This document shows positions 51,001-61,127 of a stretch of DNA of 64,000 bases, one piece after another; the stretch's first letter is position 1, and each line of letters opens with the position of its first letter. The position numbers and the translations under genes were made by a program. The DNA comes from Andalucia godoyi And28 (taxonomy: Eukaryota > Protista > Jakobida), in assembly GCA_009859145.1 (NCBI GenBank), contig VRVR01000049.1, positions 176,289 to 240,288 on the forward strand. The letters run 5' to 3'. Under the pieces are notes generated by a model. It did not search any database, was not told the DNA's origin, and saw only the letters and a list, made by a program, of their open reading frames with translations.

Positions 51001-51575
51001 CGATGTGCAGACTGCGGATGAAGCGGAGTAACAAAGCGGTATGTGCCATCCGAAAAGCCGACTGCAAAGAAATCCTGCTTCAAACCAGAAGCGACGGCAG
51101 CAGCGGATGACACGCTCTGCGACGACGACACGGCAACTGCAGGTTGTGAGTTTGTGCTGAAAGACCGCGGATAGAAATGCATGCAAGTGACATAGGCCGC
51201 CGGGGCTGCCGAGTTATTAGACACAGACGATGACACCACAGAACCAGGTGGGTTGGGAGGCATGGAGCTTGACGCCGCCGCCGCCGCCGACGACGAGATT
51301 GCAACGGGGCTCGGTCCGGCAAACGTCACAACCGGTGTCGCACTTGACTCCCCGTCTGACGTCCAGGCAAGGATCGTCCCGTCATCCGAGCAAGAATACA
51401 AGGCAGACGTCGAGATTGTGCTGTTGGAAAGAGACGATGAAATCGAGTGCGACACGGAATGAGGAGACGCCGAATGGGAACCCAGGGCGACGGGGTGTGG
51501 AGAAGGCGACCATCCGACAGACGCAACAGTCGCCTTGTGTCGGGGTTGTGCTGAAGTAGCAAGGAAAAGACGCAT
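48057..51575 (-). CDS. IFT80: Intraflagellar transport protein 80
   Basis: MRLF...[11 protein letters not shown]...[88 protein letters not shown]; many low-complexity inserts; ATG at 51575. Confidence 0.95.
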   Translation of the reverse strand: [1172 protein letters not shown]

Positions 51576-52116
51576 TTCAGCCAGCCAATCAAAGCCAAGC
51601 CAAGCCAAGCCAAGCCAAGCCAAGAAAGAAAGAAAGAACGAGAGAGAAAAGAACGAGAGAGAAAAGAACGAGAGAAAGAAAACCGAAAGTTTCTGACAAG
51701 GAAAAAGGCAACTGCGAGCTAGAAAGAACAACAAGGAACGAATGGGAACCAGGCAAAGACCAAAGAAGCTCGGAGGGAAAAAGACGTGATCGAGGAAGAG
51801 GGAACTGAGTTCGTTAAGATTCGGAGACACTACGAGCGCGGAGAACCCATTTTTCTTTTTCCCTTGGAAATCGGGGCTTTTTCTTTCTTCGTCTTCTTAT
51901 TATCATACATATTGTCTTTGTTTAATTTTTTTTAAATTTATTTTTAATTATTTATTTAATTAAAAATATAGTCTCGAATCGTACAGAACAGCAAACCCAT
52001 GCACGATCTTCCTCCAACGACAGGAAGCACTGTCGTGCAGTCAAGGCGGAGAGAGGTCTTCTGTGATGAAAACGGCGGCCTGACTTGTCAGGAGGAGGGT
52101 GGTTGGGTCGGGCCGT

Positions 52117-52323
52117 TTACGAGAAGCGATCCTTGAGCTTTTCTGCGCCCGCCTTGACGTCTTCCCACTTGGACGAAACGTCCTTGTTCACGTTCGTTCG
52201 GGTCGGATCAGTCTGAATGTCGGCCTTGGCGACTCCGTGCTTGGCATCGATTGCGGTGTCATTCAAGTCATTCTTGACCTCTGTGGCCTTGGCCTTAGTC
52301 TTCTCCCAGATGCTGTCGGACAT
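52117..52323 (-). CDS. Small hydrophilic LEA/hydrophilin-like protein (68 aa)
   Basis: MSDSIWEKTKAKATEVKNDLNDTAIDAKHGVAKADI...WEDVKAGAEKLKDRFS; K/A/D/E/T-rich amphipathic pattern; TATA-like GTATATAAG upstream on the minus strand. Confidence 0.65.
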   Translation of the reverse strand: MSDSIWEKTKAKATEVKNDLNDTAIDAKHGVAKADIQTDPTRTNVNKDVSSKWEDVKAGAEKLKDRFS

Positions 52324-52834
52324 TGTTGTGTTGTGTTCTCTTGTTGAAATTGCTTTGCTTCTTGTGGAACAGGGAGAAGGGGGAAAAAAAAAGAAATGAA
52401 AAGAAATTACCGGAACGCAAGAAAAATGCACTTATATACGCCGCGCTTGCGAAACAGCACAACTCGAACAGAAATCGAACTTCTCGCACACTTACCGTCG
52501 CTCGAAGCGTTCAGCATAAATCGACAGACGTCACACTGGAATTAGCTTTTTGTTTGAGACCGGTGAAGTGAATCGGCAAACAGATCAAATTGTATGCCAT
52601 CGGTCCCTTTTCAAAACGCACAAACCGCCCTCGAGGTCGTGTCCGCGCAGTGCAAGTTCAAAGGGCGACGACGAAAAAACAAATCTCACGATGGAGACAC
52701 AAGAACACTCTCCATCCCACGCTGCAGGGAGAGGGATGAAAATCGCTTTTTCTTTGCTGTTTCTTTGAATTATCATTTGTCTTTTGCTGCAGCTCCGCTC
52801 GTTTTCAATAAAGGCGGATACAAGTAGGGAGAGA

Positions 52835-53176
52835 ATGTGGAAATCTACGACATCCGACGCAAACCCGCTGTCTGGACGTCCTCACCTGGCCCAAGCGATC
52901 GATGACTTGATTGCGGCAGGGTCGGCCAATCGAGATTCGCATTTAGCAAGCCAATCTCATCCAGAAATTGGGAGTGACCAGCACCTTTTTGGCGACGGTC
53001 GACTTGATGAGAGTGTTAGGATCGAGACGTCGTACGGAAAACAACCCCAGCAGCAGCAGCATCAGCAACAACATGCGAACTTGGCTGAAGAAGAGTCCGC
53101 GGTGTCTCAAGAAGTTTTTGAGCTGTACAATCCCTTCCACGGCAACAACAGCACGACTTCGGATGGCGCCACATAA
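52835..53176 (+). CDS. Hypothetical protein, possibly the last exon of a spliced gene
   Basis: Open frame with a polyQ tract; TTTTGCTGCAG acceptor-like site at about 52792. Confidence 0.4.
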   Translation: MWKSTTSDANPLSGRPHLAQAIDDLIAAGSANRDSHLASQSHPEIGSDQHLFGDGRLDESVRIETSYGKQPQQQQHQQQHANLAEEESAVSQEVFELYNPFHGNNSTTSDGAT

Positions 53177-53234
53177 ATTGTCTCCTTCACTCGCTATTTA
53201 CAAGTAAAACAGCCGCCAAAAAAAAGGCAGCCCG

Positions 53235-54743
53235 TTAATCGAAATAGATCTTCTTCGGAGCCCCAGCGGAGGATCCGTCAAAGGAAGCCCCTGAGGCACC
53301 GCTGTTCACATCAATATGTCCGAGCTTGAATGGTTCGGCCTTCTTTGTCAGCCGCTTTGGCGGCGGTGCACGCTTCGCAATCGCCTCAAACTCCGAGGAG
53401 ACCTTTTGGTTGGATTCCTTCAGAATGCGGCACAAATCCTGCGCGTGATCTCTGTCGTCAGCTTCGCAGAACAGCGTGATTGCGTGGCCGGTCGTTCCAG
53501 CACGTCCAGATCTCCCGATTCTGTGCACATAATCTTCAATAACGAGCGGCATTTCGACGTTGACGACAAGACGGATGTCCTTCACATCCAGGCCACGCGC
53601 CGCAACGTCCGTGGCAACAAGAATCGGGTACTTTCCATCTCGGAAATCGGAAATCGCCTGGTTGCGAGCATGTTGCGACATGTCGCCGTGCAGAACAGTC
53701 GTATAGAATCCAGCATTCCACAGATCATCGTACATTCTCTGGCATGTCTTCTTGTACAACATAAAAATCAGTACTCGAAACGGTGCTGCGGCATCGGTGT
53801 AGTTCTTGGGCAAGTACTGTTCCAGAATCTGCAACAGCGACTTCTTTCGATCATGATAGGACTTGACAACATAGATTTCCTGCTTAACGGACTGATTTGC
53901 AGTACCTTGGTCAATTTTAGTAGATGATCCTGCTTTGATCTGTGACATCTTGGAAACACGGATGAATTCGCGTGCCAACGTCTGCACATCAGATGGCCAC
54001 GTGGCACTGAACATGCACGTCTGTCTGTCCTTTGGAAACCCTGCAAAGATTCTTCGGATCTGCGGCTCAAACCCCATGTCCAACATTCGATCTGCCTCAT
54101 CCAGCACTGCAAATAGGCATCCTGAAAGATCGATTGTTTGGGTGTCGATGAAGTCGTTCAGTCTCCCAGGTGTCGCCACAATAATCGCCGGCTTCTTGTT
54201 CTGCAGCTCCATCAGCTGATCCGACTTTGAAAGCCCGCCAACCAACGGCACGATGGAGAGGCCGTCAACAAGTGCGCACAGCGGCTCTCCCATTTGACAG
54301 ATTTGCTGAGCAAGTTCTCGTGTGGGTGCTAAAATCACCGCCTTCACAAACGCAGATCCGCTGGATTTGAATCGTTTCCCCTTCGAATGATTGTCTGTCT
54401 TCAAAATTGCCGAAATAATCGGTGCCAGGAACGCAAGAGTCTTTCCTGACCCAGTATCAGCAATCGCAACCAAGTCGTCTCCGCGCAACAGAGACGGCCA
54501 CACAAATGACTGAATGGCAGACGGTGTCTTGAATCCGGATTTCTCGAGAAAATAGGATCGAATCAAATCATTCGGAAAATCAGAAAAGGAATGAAACGGG
54601 GTGATGGCTGCACCAAGTTCCACAGTAACATCCATCGGCATTCCTCCCTTCATGTTTGCCGCCTGCTTGGAAGCATTGTCGTCAGCATCCTCTGAGCGCT
54701 CTCTCTTGCTTGATTTCTTATCCGAGAAGCCGTCTTTCGTCAT
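53235..54743 (-). CDS. DBP3: DEAD-box RNA helicase DBP3-like
   Basis: ADTGSGKT, PTRELA, TPGRL, DEAD, SAT and HRIGRSGRAG motifs; C-terminal PKKIYFD; ATG at 54743. Confidence 0.88.
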   Translation of the reverse strand: MTKDGFSDKKSSKRERSEDADDNASKQAANMKGGMPMDVTVELGAAITPFHSFSDFPNDLIRSYFLEKSGFKTPSAIQSFVWPSLLRGDDLVAIADTGSGKTLAFLAPIISAILKTDNHSKGKRFKSSGSAFVKAVILAPTRELAQQICQMGEPLCALVDGLSIVPLVGGLSKSDQLMELQNKKPAIIVATPGRLNDFIDTQTIDLSGCLFAVLDEADRMLDMGFEPQIRRIFAGFPKDRQTCMFSATWPSDVQTLAREFIRVSKMSQIKAGSSTKIDQGTANQSVKQEIYVVKSYHDRKKSLLQILEQYLPKNYTDAAAPFRVLIFMLYKKTCQRMYDDLWNAGFYTTVLHGDMSQHARNQAISDFRDGKYPILVATDVAARGLDVKDIRLVVNVEMPLVIEDYVHRIGRSGRAGTTGHAITLFCEADDRDHAQDLCRILKESNQKVSSEFEAIAKRAPPPKRLTKKAEPFKLGHIDVNSGASGASFDGSSAGAPKKIYFD

Positions 54744-55089
54744 CTGTTTCTTTGATCTGCAAACTTGTTCAGAAAACACACGGCTCGAGAATCACAGGTC
54801 GGTACTCGAAAAGAAATAAATATCATTAATTAATTTAAAATAAAAAAAAAATCGGTTGCGGGGGGAAAGGAGGGAGACGGTCTTCGCGGAAAAACAAAAG
54901 GTTAACGCGAATGTTCTTTGTATCAAGCATCAAGCTTCGAAGGAGAAACAATAAAGTCCGACTTCGGGCAATTTTCGAATTAATCCCTTTTATTGAACTC
55001 GTCTGCACTCCTCTTCGGCGCCGAGCATGAGTGGGTGGGTGTGTGTTGTTTGGACGCCTACGTTGTGAACACACAGTCGAGTCCGAGTC

Positions 55090-56088
55090 ATGTGTGGAAG
55101 ATCAGCATGTAGTCTGGGTCCTCCTGCAATTCGGAAGACAGTGGAGAGCCAGCTGCAAAAGAATGTTGAGAAATGGACTGCCGAGCAGGACTTCTCTCCG
55201 AACTGCAACATCTGTCCAGGCAACAAGTCTGCGGTGGTAATGCATGTCTCTGGAAATGAAGTCAGTCTTGCAACCTTGAAGTTTGGGTATGATGCTGGTG
55301 GGCATTTTATGATCAATAAGCGGTCGGAAACGATCACAAAGAAATGGGCTGCCGCAAAACGGTGTGCTGTCATCATGGAGGTATGTGACTGTCATTTTTT
55401 TATGTTATTTTTTAAATTTTTTTTTCCACAATTACGCCAAACAAGAACGAAGGAAGGTGGAAGAAAGAACTCTACTATTTACGTATTCATAATTGCGCAT
55501 GACACTGTCATTTAGGGGTACTACGAATGGAAAAAAGATGCTAAAAACGGAAAAGAGATTAAGAGACCGTTTTTCCTCTTCAAGAAAGGCGGAACCGAGT
55601 TGGCGTTCGCTGCAGCGGTTTGCAATGACACCGAAGACTCGTATCTCATTTTGACCCAAGATGCGATTCCGGAATTCGCGCACATCCATGATCGGATGCC
55701 CATGATTCTTTCAACAGCCCAAGACGTATTCGATTATGTAACTGGTACGCACCTTCTTTTGTCCTTAGTTTTTTCCCCTCTTCACTTCCCCTTCTTTAAA
55801 CCTCTGCGAAGCGAAGCGAAACTTACCTTTTTTTTTGGTGTTGGGGGGAAATAAACAGACGGCAAGTTGCCTGCGGTAAAGGCGTCGTTGGACTGCTACG
55901 AAGTATCCACGGCCGTGAATTCAGTGTCCAACAAGAGCGAGGATTGCAAAAAGCCGCTGGCAGAAGTGCACGAAACGACGACGAAAAGCACCGGGATCAT
56001 GAAGTTCTTCAAACCGGTTGCGAGCACCGGAAGCCATCGCGAAGGCATGGATGAGCCTCCTCCCGCAAAGAAGAAGCGGCGGAATTGA
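55090..56088 (+). CDS. HMCES: SRAP-domain abasic-site processing protein, 3 exons: 55090-55380, 55516-55744, 55859-56088
   Basis: MCGR N-terminus. Removing GT-AG introns 55381-55515 and 55745-55858 joins INKRSETI...ME|GYYEW...IHDRMPMIL...VT|DGK...YEVSTAVNSV in frame. Confidence 0.92.
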
Positions 56089-56116
56089 ACGACTGGCTGT
56101 CGGATGAAAACCCCTT

Positions 56117-57061
56117 TCAAATGGGTACAACTGCACCGACTTCCATCTCTCGGATGTGATCGTGATGCACGTGGGGAGCACTCGCCAGATGCATCACGAA
56201 GTATCCCACCGCAAAGGCAGAAAGTCCTGATGCCCATCTTTTCCGTGGCGAACCCTTGAATAGATGCTCCCATAAGGTATCCACAAATGCAATAAACAGA
56301 AACGTGCCGCCGCTCAGCGCAACCATCACGGCAGAAAGGATGTCGCCAGTGCGCTCGTTATGCAGAGCCAAATCAAGTGCTAATCCAAACATACTTCCAA
56401 TTGGAGTGCCCAGCGCAAACGAAGCCAGAAGCGCGAGACACCAGCGCGGAGAACTGTGCTCCAATGCACTCAATGACATGCCAAGCGAAAACGATTCTGG
56501 GGCTTTGTGGATGATGATTCCAATCGTTAAATTGTAAATGGAATACGAATCCTGGAGAAGACCCAATGCAACTCCCGAGGCAACGGAGTGCATCGCCAGC
56601 ATCCCGACCATGACAATCCCCCGTGTCTTTTCGGACACCACAATGCTGTCTGCATCTGCGATGGATGCCTTCCCAAGCGGCGTCAATGCCCCTCCATGAA
56701 TAGGGCCCAAAGAAGGGTGTTTATGAGAATGTGAATGCAAATAATAAGCAAAGCAAAAGCCAACAGAAATGCAAAGGGACGCAACCAAGGACCCGTATTG
56801 AAGAGTTTCCAGGGCTTCAAAGGCTTCGAAAATCATGTGTGAAATTGCAACCTGCAAAAAGACACCACCTGAGAAAAGAATGGCATAATTCGCAAGAGAA
56901 TGAAAATGGGAGGATCTCGCCAAAAACAACGGAAGAATCCCAAACAAGAATGCAACCACGGCGATGGAAAAGGCCGAAAGGAGCTTGGCTGCAATGTATG
57001 AATCAAACAGATGGGATCGATCCTGCTGGTTCGGAACAACCGCAGACTGGACGTCACCCAT
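56117..57061 (-). CDS. ZIP-family metal (Zn/Fe) transporter
   Basis: FSGGVFLQVAISHMIFEA, His-rich loop HSHSHKH, HSVASGVALG, IIHKAPESFSLG, SGGTFLFIAF. Confidence 0.92.
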   Translation of the reverse strand: MGDVQSAVVPNQQDRSHLFDSYIAAKLLSAFSIAVVAFLFGILPLFLARSSHFHSLANYAILFSGGVFLQVAISHMIFEAFEALETLQYGSLVASLCISVGFCFAYYLHSHSHKHPSLGPIHGGALTPLGKASIADADSIVVSEKTRGIVMVGMLAMHSVASGVALGLLQDSYSIYNLTIGIIIHKAPESFSLGMSLSALEHSSPRWCLALLASFALGTPIGSMFGLALDLALHNERTGDILSAVMVALSGGTFLFIAFVDTLWEHLFKGSPRKRWASGLSAFAVGYFVMHLASAPHVHHDHIREMEVGAVVPI

Positions 57062-57120
57062 TGCTGTAAAGAGAAATGAAACAGAACACAAAAACCGAAA
57101 AATCAAGAATCACAAGTGGA

Positions 57121-57253
<133 letters not shown>

Positions 57254-57431
57254 AAAGTGCAAGAAACAAGAAGTAAAAGGAATGGTTTCTTGTTTTCTCG
57301 TTGCTGAGAAAATGACGTGCCAAAAGGCAAAGCTGCTTATCGCGCGACCCAAGGGATTGAACTTGCACACACTCGGAAAAAAAGATAGGAGAAAATGAAA
57401 TGGAAAAAGAAAAAAAGGAAAGAAAGGCGGG

Positions 57432-58078
57432 GAGACGACGAATTAGACGCTTACAGTATACACTGAACATGCATATCTACGAGTAGACATGCGTATTCAA
57501 TCTGGCATCCCGTTGCCAGGAAGGGGATAGGCCCCCAACACGCCTCACGGCGTTCTTCAGATAAATGTTCCGCGCTCCGTTTCCCAATCTCGATCAATCG
57601 GTGAGCCACCTTCTCAGCGTGACACGTTGTTTCTGAGAAGGGTGCATTTTTTTGATTCTGACGGCCCTAGCAGCAGGCGCTTTCGTGTCCTCAGTTGCAG
57701 CGATTGATGCAACTGGAGATACGAGAGTAGGAAGAGGTGGTAGGCGTAGTGACACGTTGTCTCTTAGTAGGTCTGCGGGACGTAGGAGGCCCTGTATCGA
57801 GCGGCGTAGGCGTAGGCGAATGCGTCATCCCAGCGCGCTCACGTCCATATTTGAATAAAATAGTGAAATCAACGAATGATAGAATAGATGGCTACGGATG
57901 CTGCATTAAAGAGTGTCGAAAATGCGGAGCCTGTGTCACCGGCTGAATTCTGGCCGAGCGTGCGTAAGCACGGATTCCCTGTGAAACAAACGTGCTAGAT
58001 GTCGGCCAGTATCGGCGGTGTCTGTTTATGGATGCTTCCTTCCGTATGCATGACAATGACGTGTTATTATTCAACGGC
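57432..58078 (-). mobile_element. Non-autonomous Fanzor2/IS607-like element, internally deleted (copy B)
   Basis: Inverted copy of 25916-26504 with 68 extra bp (57678-57745). The minus strand from ATG 57828 reads MTHSPTPTPLDTGPPTSRRPTKRQRVTTP / PPLPTLVSPVASIAATEDTKAPAARAVRIKKMHPSQKQRVTLRRW / IDRDW / NGARNIYLKN. Confidence 0.87.
57463..57545 (-). ncRNA. Putative Fanzor omegaRNA scaffold (copy B)
   Basis: Three consecutive hairpins: GGGG/CCCC, CTGGCA/TGCCAG (57502-57519), and a 17-bp terminal stem with one mismatch (57463-57500) ending TTCAG. Confidence 0.55.
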
Positions 58079-58156
58079 ATCTTCTCTTTTATCACGCGTG
58101 CAGTCGTCGAGACAACAGCAGCAGCCTTGGTGTTGGGCTTTTTCTTCTTCTGGTTT

Positions 58157-59251
58157 ATGAAGACTGTTCGATACGATGACCAAGTGTCGTTTCCTGTCTT
58201 GTCTGGACCCATGCACTCGAATTCCTTGGCGTATGACGTGCGCCTCGGTCTCGTGACGGGATGCTCCAACGGGGACCTGAATGTTTGGAAAGACGACGGC
58301 AAGAAGCTCTTGAGCGTTCTTTTCGCTCCAAAGTTGGGGCAAATTGTATGCGTTTCTATCTGCTATCCACATTTGCTCGTTGTCTGTGCTGAAGGGCTGT
58401 TCTATCTGTACGATTGCACCTCGTTTGCACTGTGCGCACGAGGCGTTTGTGCGACATCGGCTACCGCCTGTTGCTGCATTCAGGAATCAGCTTTTGCTGT
58501 GCTCGTTGTCATCGGGACTGTCGATCGCATCGTCGAAACGTTCAGCGTGGAGTTGCGATCGAGTACTCCTGGTGGTGGTGGTGGTGCTCCGACGGCGGTT
58601 GTCGAGGTGTCTGGACATGTTTCGGTGTTCCAGGTAACATCTCCGATTCGAAACATGCACGCAATCCCCAAAGGATCTCAATCATGTGCCCAGATTATTT
58701 GCGGACTCTATGCTGGTCATCTTGCTCTTTTGCGTCTTGCATATGCGGATTGCATTCTTTTGGAAGAGTGTCCCTTTTCACATCAAGTTACACTCAGTAT
58801 TTCAGTGGAAATGCTGCGGGGCAATGAGCAAGCATTCGAAGTGCATGCTGCATACGAAAACGGGTCCCATTTTGGAATTCTGCTTTCTCCGACCGTTGCT
58901 GGATCCTTGTCAGTTCGCCGTCTTTGGGGACCGTACATTACCGCTGGTCAGGTGTCCTGTTGCGTTCCTGTGCCGCAAGGAAAACACTTCCGTACGTTCG
59001 TCACCACGTTTTGTGGGAAAACGTTCGTGCTCCCCTTTACCTCGTCCGGCGATTTCGATACATCGAGTGCTGAGCTGCTCCTCGATGCGTCTCCGTTCAC
59101 CGCACTGCATTGCTCCAGCCTGCAAGTCTACGGGGCTGTGTCTGATCCATCTTCCCAGTGCATATATTTGGCAGTCTGCGAACAGTACGCATTGAACAAG
59201 TCGAATCCCCACAGAATCGTGCGTGTCCAATCTCGCATGTTTGCGGTCTGA
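58157..59251 (+). CDS. Hypothetical WD40-like / beta-propeller protein
   Basis: The long ORF's first 55 codons lie in the Fanzor element and flank, so the likely start is ATG 58157 (MKTVRYDDQV). It has WD-like LVTGCSNGDLNVWK and beta-rich repeats. Confidence 0.7.
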   Translation: MKTVRYDDQVSFPVLSGPMHSNSLAYDVRLGLVTGCSNGDLNVWKDDGKKLLSVLFAPKLGQIVCVSICYPHLLVVCAEGLFYLYDCTSFALCARGVCATSATACCCIQESAFAVLVVIGTVDRIVETFSVELRSSTPGGGGGAPTAVVEVSGHVSVFQVTSPIRNMHAIPKGSQSCAQIICGLYAGHLALLRLAYADCILLEECPFSHQVTLSISVEMLRGNEQAFEVHAAYENGSHFGILLSPTVAGSLSVRRLWGPYITAGQVSCCVPVPQGKHFRTFVTTFCGKTFVLPFTSSGDFDTSSAELLLDASPFTALHCSSLQVYGAVSDPSSQCIYLAVCEQYALNKSNPHRIVRVQSRMFAV

Positions 59252-59444
59252 AACAATGGATAAGAAAGAACGAGAACGAGAAAAACAAAAGAGGGGAAAG
59301 AAAACAAATCATTGATCACCACTCCGTACCACTCGCTCTTCGTGTTTTTACTGCTGATCCCCAAAGTGCAATAGCCCGGTAAGAAAACAAAATACGAACA
59401 GAGAGTCTGGCAGTTTAAGCAACCGCACGAAGCACCAACACCGA

Positions 59445-60428
59445 TCACACCACCTCGAAGAACAACGTGACTCCAAAATTTGCATCATAATCTTTGTGCT
59501 TGGAATCCTTGCATGCCTTGTCAATTTCATCCTTTGTCAACGTCAACTTCTTTTCTTCAGTGGAAACAAAGCATGTGTTGAACCAGAAATGGAAGGTCTT
59601 CTCGTTGCGATGGTAAAACTGAAGCTTGACATCTCCACAAACAGCCAACGGCAGTTCGTCGAAATCAATCTCCGTATCGCGCCCGAACGTGAACTTCCGG
59701 TCCGCAAAGACCCCGCGAGATGTATACACAACCTTCCGATGCGTCAACAATTCAAAGTGCGGTTCACAGCAACCGTCCCGGTCGCATCGTGGAACAGTCA
59801 GCATCCTGACTTTGTTGAGCAACAAAACAGGCGGCTTGTCCACGTTGTACTTTTCAGGATTCGAAAGCACCATTTCAAAATACTTCACATATCGCCTCTG
59901 GGATGGAATTGTGACGCCCTTTCCATCTGCCGTTCTGACTCGGTCAAAGAAGTACAGAGCTTCTTCCGCCGTCGCAGCGTTCTTCGAGTACAACAGGAAA
60001 GCAGAAATCATGAGGCCAGTTCGTCCCTTTCCAGCCTTGCAGTGAATGGCCACCACATTATTCGGATGCGTTGCGAGCCATTCCTCGACAGATTTGCAAA
60101 AACGAAGCAGATACGTCATCGGCGGGGCATTGTGATCTTCGAATGGAAACACTTCACATCTCTTCTCGAACTTCTCCGAGGGGTATCCTCTCTCTTGACA
60201 GAGATTGTACACTCGGTACGCCGTCGGGTGATAAGAATCCAGAAACTGCTTGACATCCTCCAACTTGTTGCGATAAATGGCTTCTGCGCCACTGGATGGA
60301 AACCCCATTGCAATAATGTTTGGAGTGATGTATGTCAAATCAAGATCGAAGCCATCTTGCGTAAAGCGTGTCTTGTTCTGTGAAACGAGAGACCGGATTT
60401 TAGATAATGCGTCCGTAAACATGTTCAT
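59445..60428 (-). CDS. PTEN: PTEN-like phosphoinositide phosphatase (phosphatase + C2)
   Basis: VSQNKTRFTQDGFDLDLTYIT, IAMGFP, FPFEDHNAP, HCKAGKGRTG, GVTIPSQRRYV, FHFWFNTCF. Confidence 0.96.
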   Translation of the reverse strand: MNMFTDALSKIRSLVSQNKTRFTQDGFDLDLTYITPNIIAMGFPSSGAEAIYRNKLEDVKQFLDSYHPTAYRVYNLCQERGYPSEKFEKRCEVFPFEDHNAPPMTYLLRFCKSVEEWLATHPNNVVAIHCKAGKGRTGLMISAFLLYSKNAATAEEALYFFDRVRTADGKGVTIPSQRRYVKYFEMVLSNPEKYNVDKPPVLLLNKVRMLTVPRCDRDGCCEPHFELLTHRKVVYTSRGVFADRKFTFGRDTEIDFDELPLAVCGDVKLQFYHRNEKTFHFWFNTCFVSTEEKKLTLTKDEIDKACKDSKHKDYDANFGVTLFFEVV

Positions 60429-60770
60429 ATGTCCTGCAATCAGCCCCCTGCAAAAAAACCTCCCCTAGATGAATAAATAGATTTGTTTAATTTAAATTAT
60501 TAAAACAGCATTTTTTTTTAATTTAAAAAAGAAAATGATGAGAAAAACGAATCAAAAATCCAACTCCATGGACCCGTCGGTGAGCAGGTGAAGACTGCGG
60601 AAGTCCCCGAGGTTTTTGTCTGCTTCAGCACCTACTTGGTTGTCAGCATCAATCCGCACGTCTTCCCGCCCAAGCAGTCACTACGGCAAGTGGTGGCTGT
60701 GAAATTTAAAAAGGTGGAAATCTTTGGTTTTTTATGCATGAAGAAAGCAGGAAGATACCGCGTTTGCGCA

Positions 60771-61127
60771 TCAATCTCTATCCTTGCGTGCGAGTTCCTT
60801 CAAACTGGCATCGACTTCTCTGAGCTGCCCTGTAACACGTTCTTCAACGGCCTTGAGGTTCTGCGATTCGGCATCATACTCGTTGATCTTTGCGGCATAT
60901 GACTTTTTGATGCTTGACAAACTGTCTCGGACGAACATTTTCCCGAGAGTGCGATACGACACAACGTCGTCCGTCACTGGATCAATCTCAGCAAGCGTCA
61001 AGACACGGCGCTTCTTTTCCGACGCATAGTTTTGCTGCTGCTGACGCAAAGCAAGAACTCGATTATTCAAATCAACGTATTTCGCTTGCAATTCTTCGAT
61101 TTCGCGTTCACGCTCGCTTTTTGTCAT
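60771..61127 (-). CDS. PFDN1: Prefoldin subunit 1 (beta type)
   Basis: Helix-hairpin-helix organisation with LTLAEI...SYRTLGKMFV; 118 aa; ATG at 61127. Confidence 0.8.
   Translation of the reverse strand: MTKSEREREIEELQAKYVDLNNRVLALRQQQQNYASEKKRRVLTLAEIDPVTDDVVSYRTLGKMFVRDSLSSIKKSYAAKINEYDAESQNLKAVEERVTGQLREVDASLKELARKDRD

Noticed and set aside
52484-52500. ACTTACC resembling the U1 snRNA 5' end (also at about 55821)
   Set aside because: No U1 stem-loop I/II or Sm-site motifs follow.
57992-58156. N-terminal 55 codons of the 419-aa ORF
   Set aside because: They lie in the left end and flank of the Fanzor-derived element and start at GTG; ATG 58157 is the more plausible start.
60596-60615. 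RNase MRP CR-I-like GGAAGTCCCCG
   Set aside because: No matching GGGGCTYA (CR-V/P4 partner) downstream.
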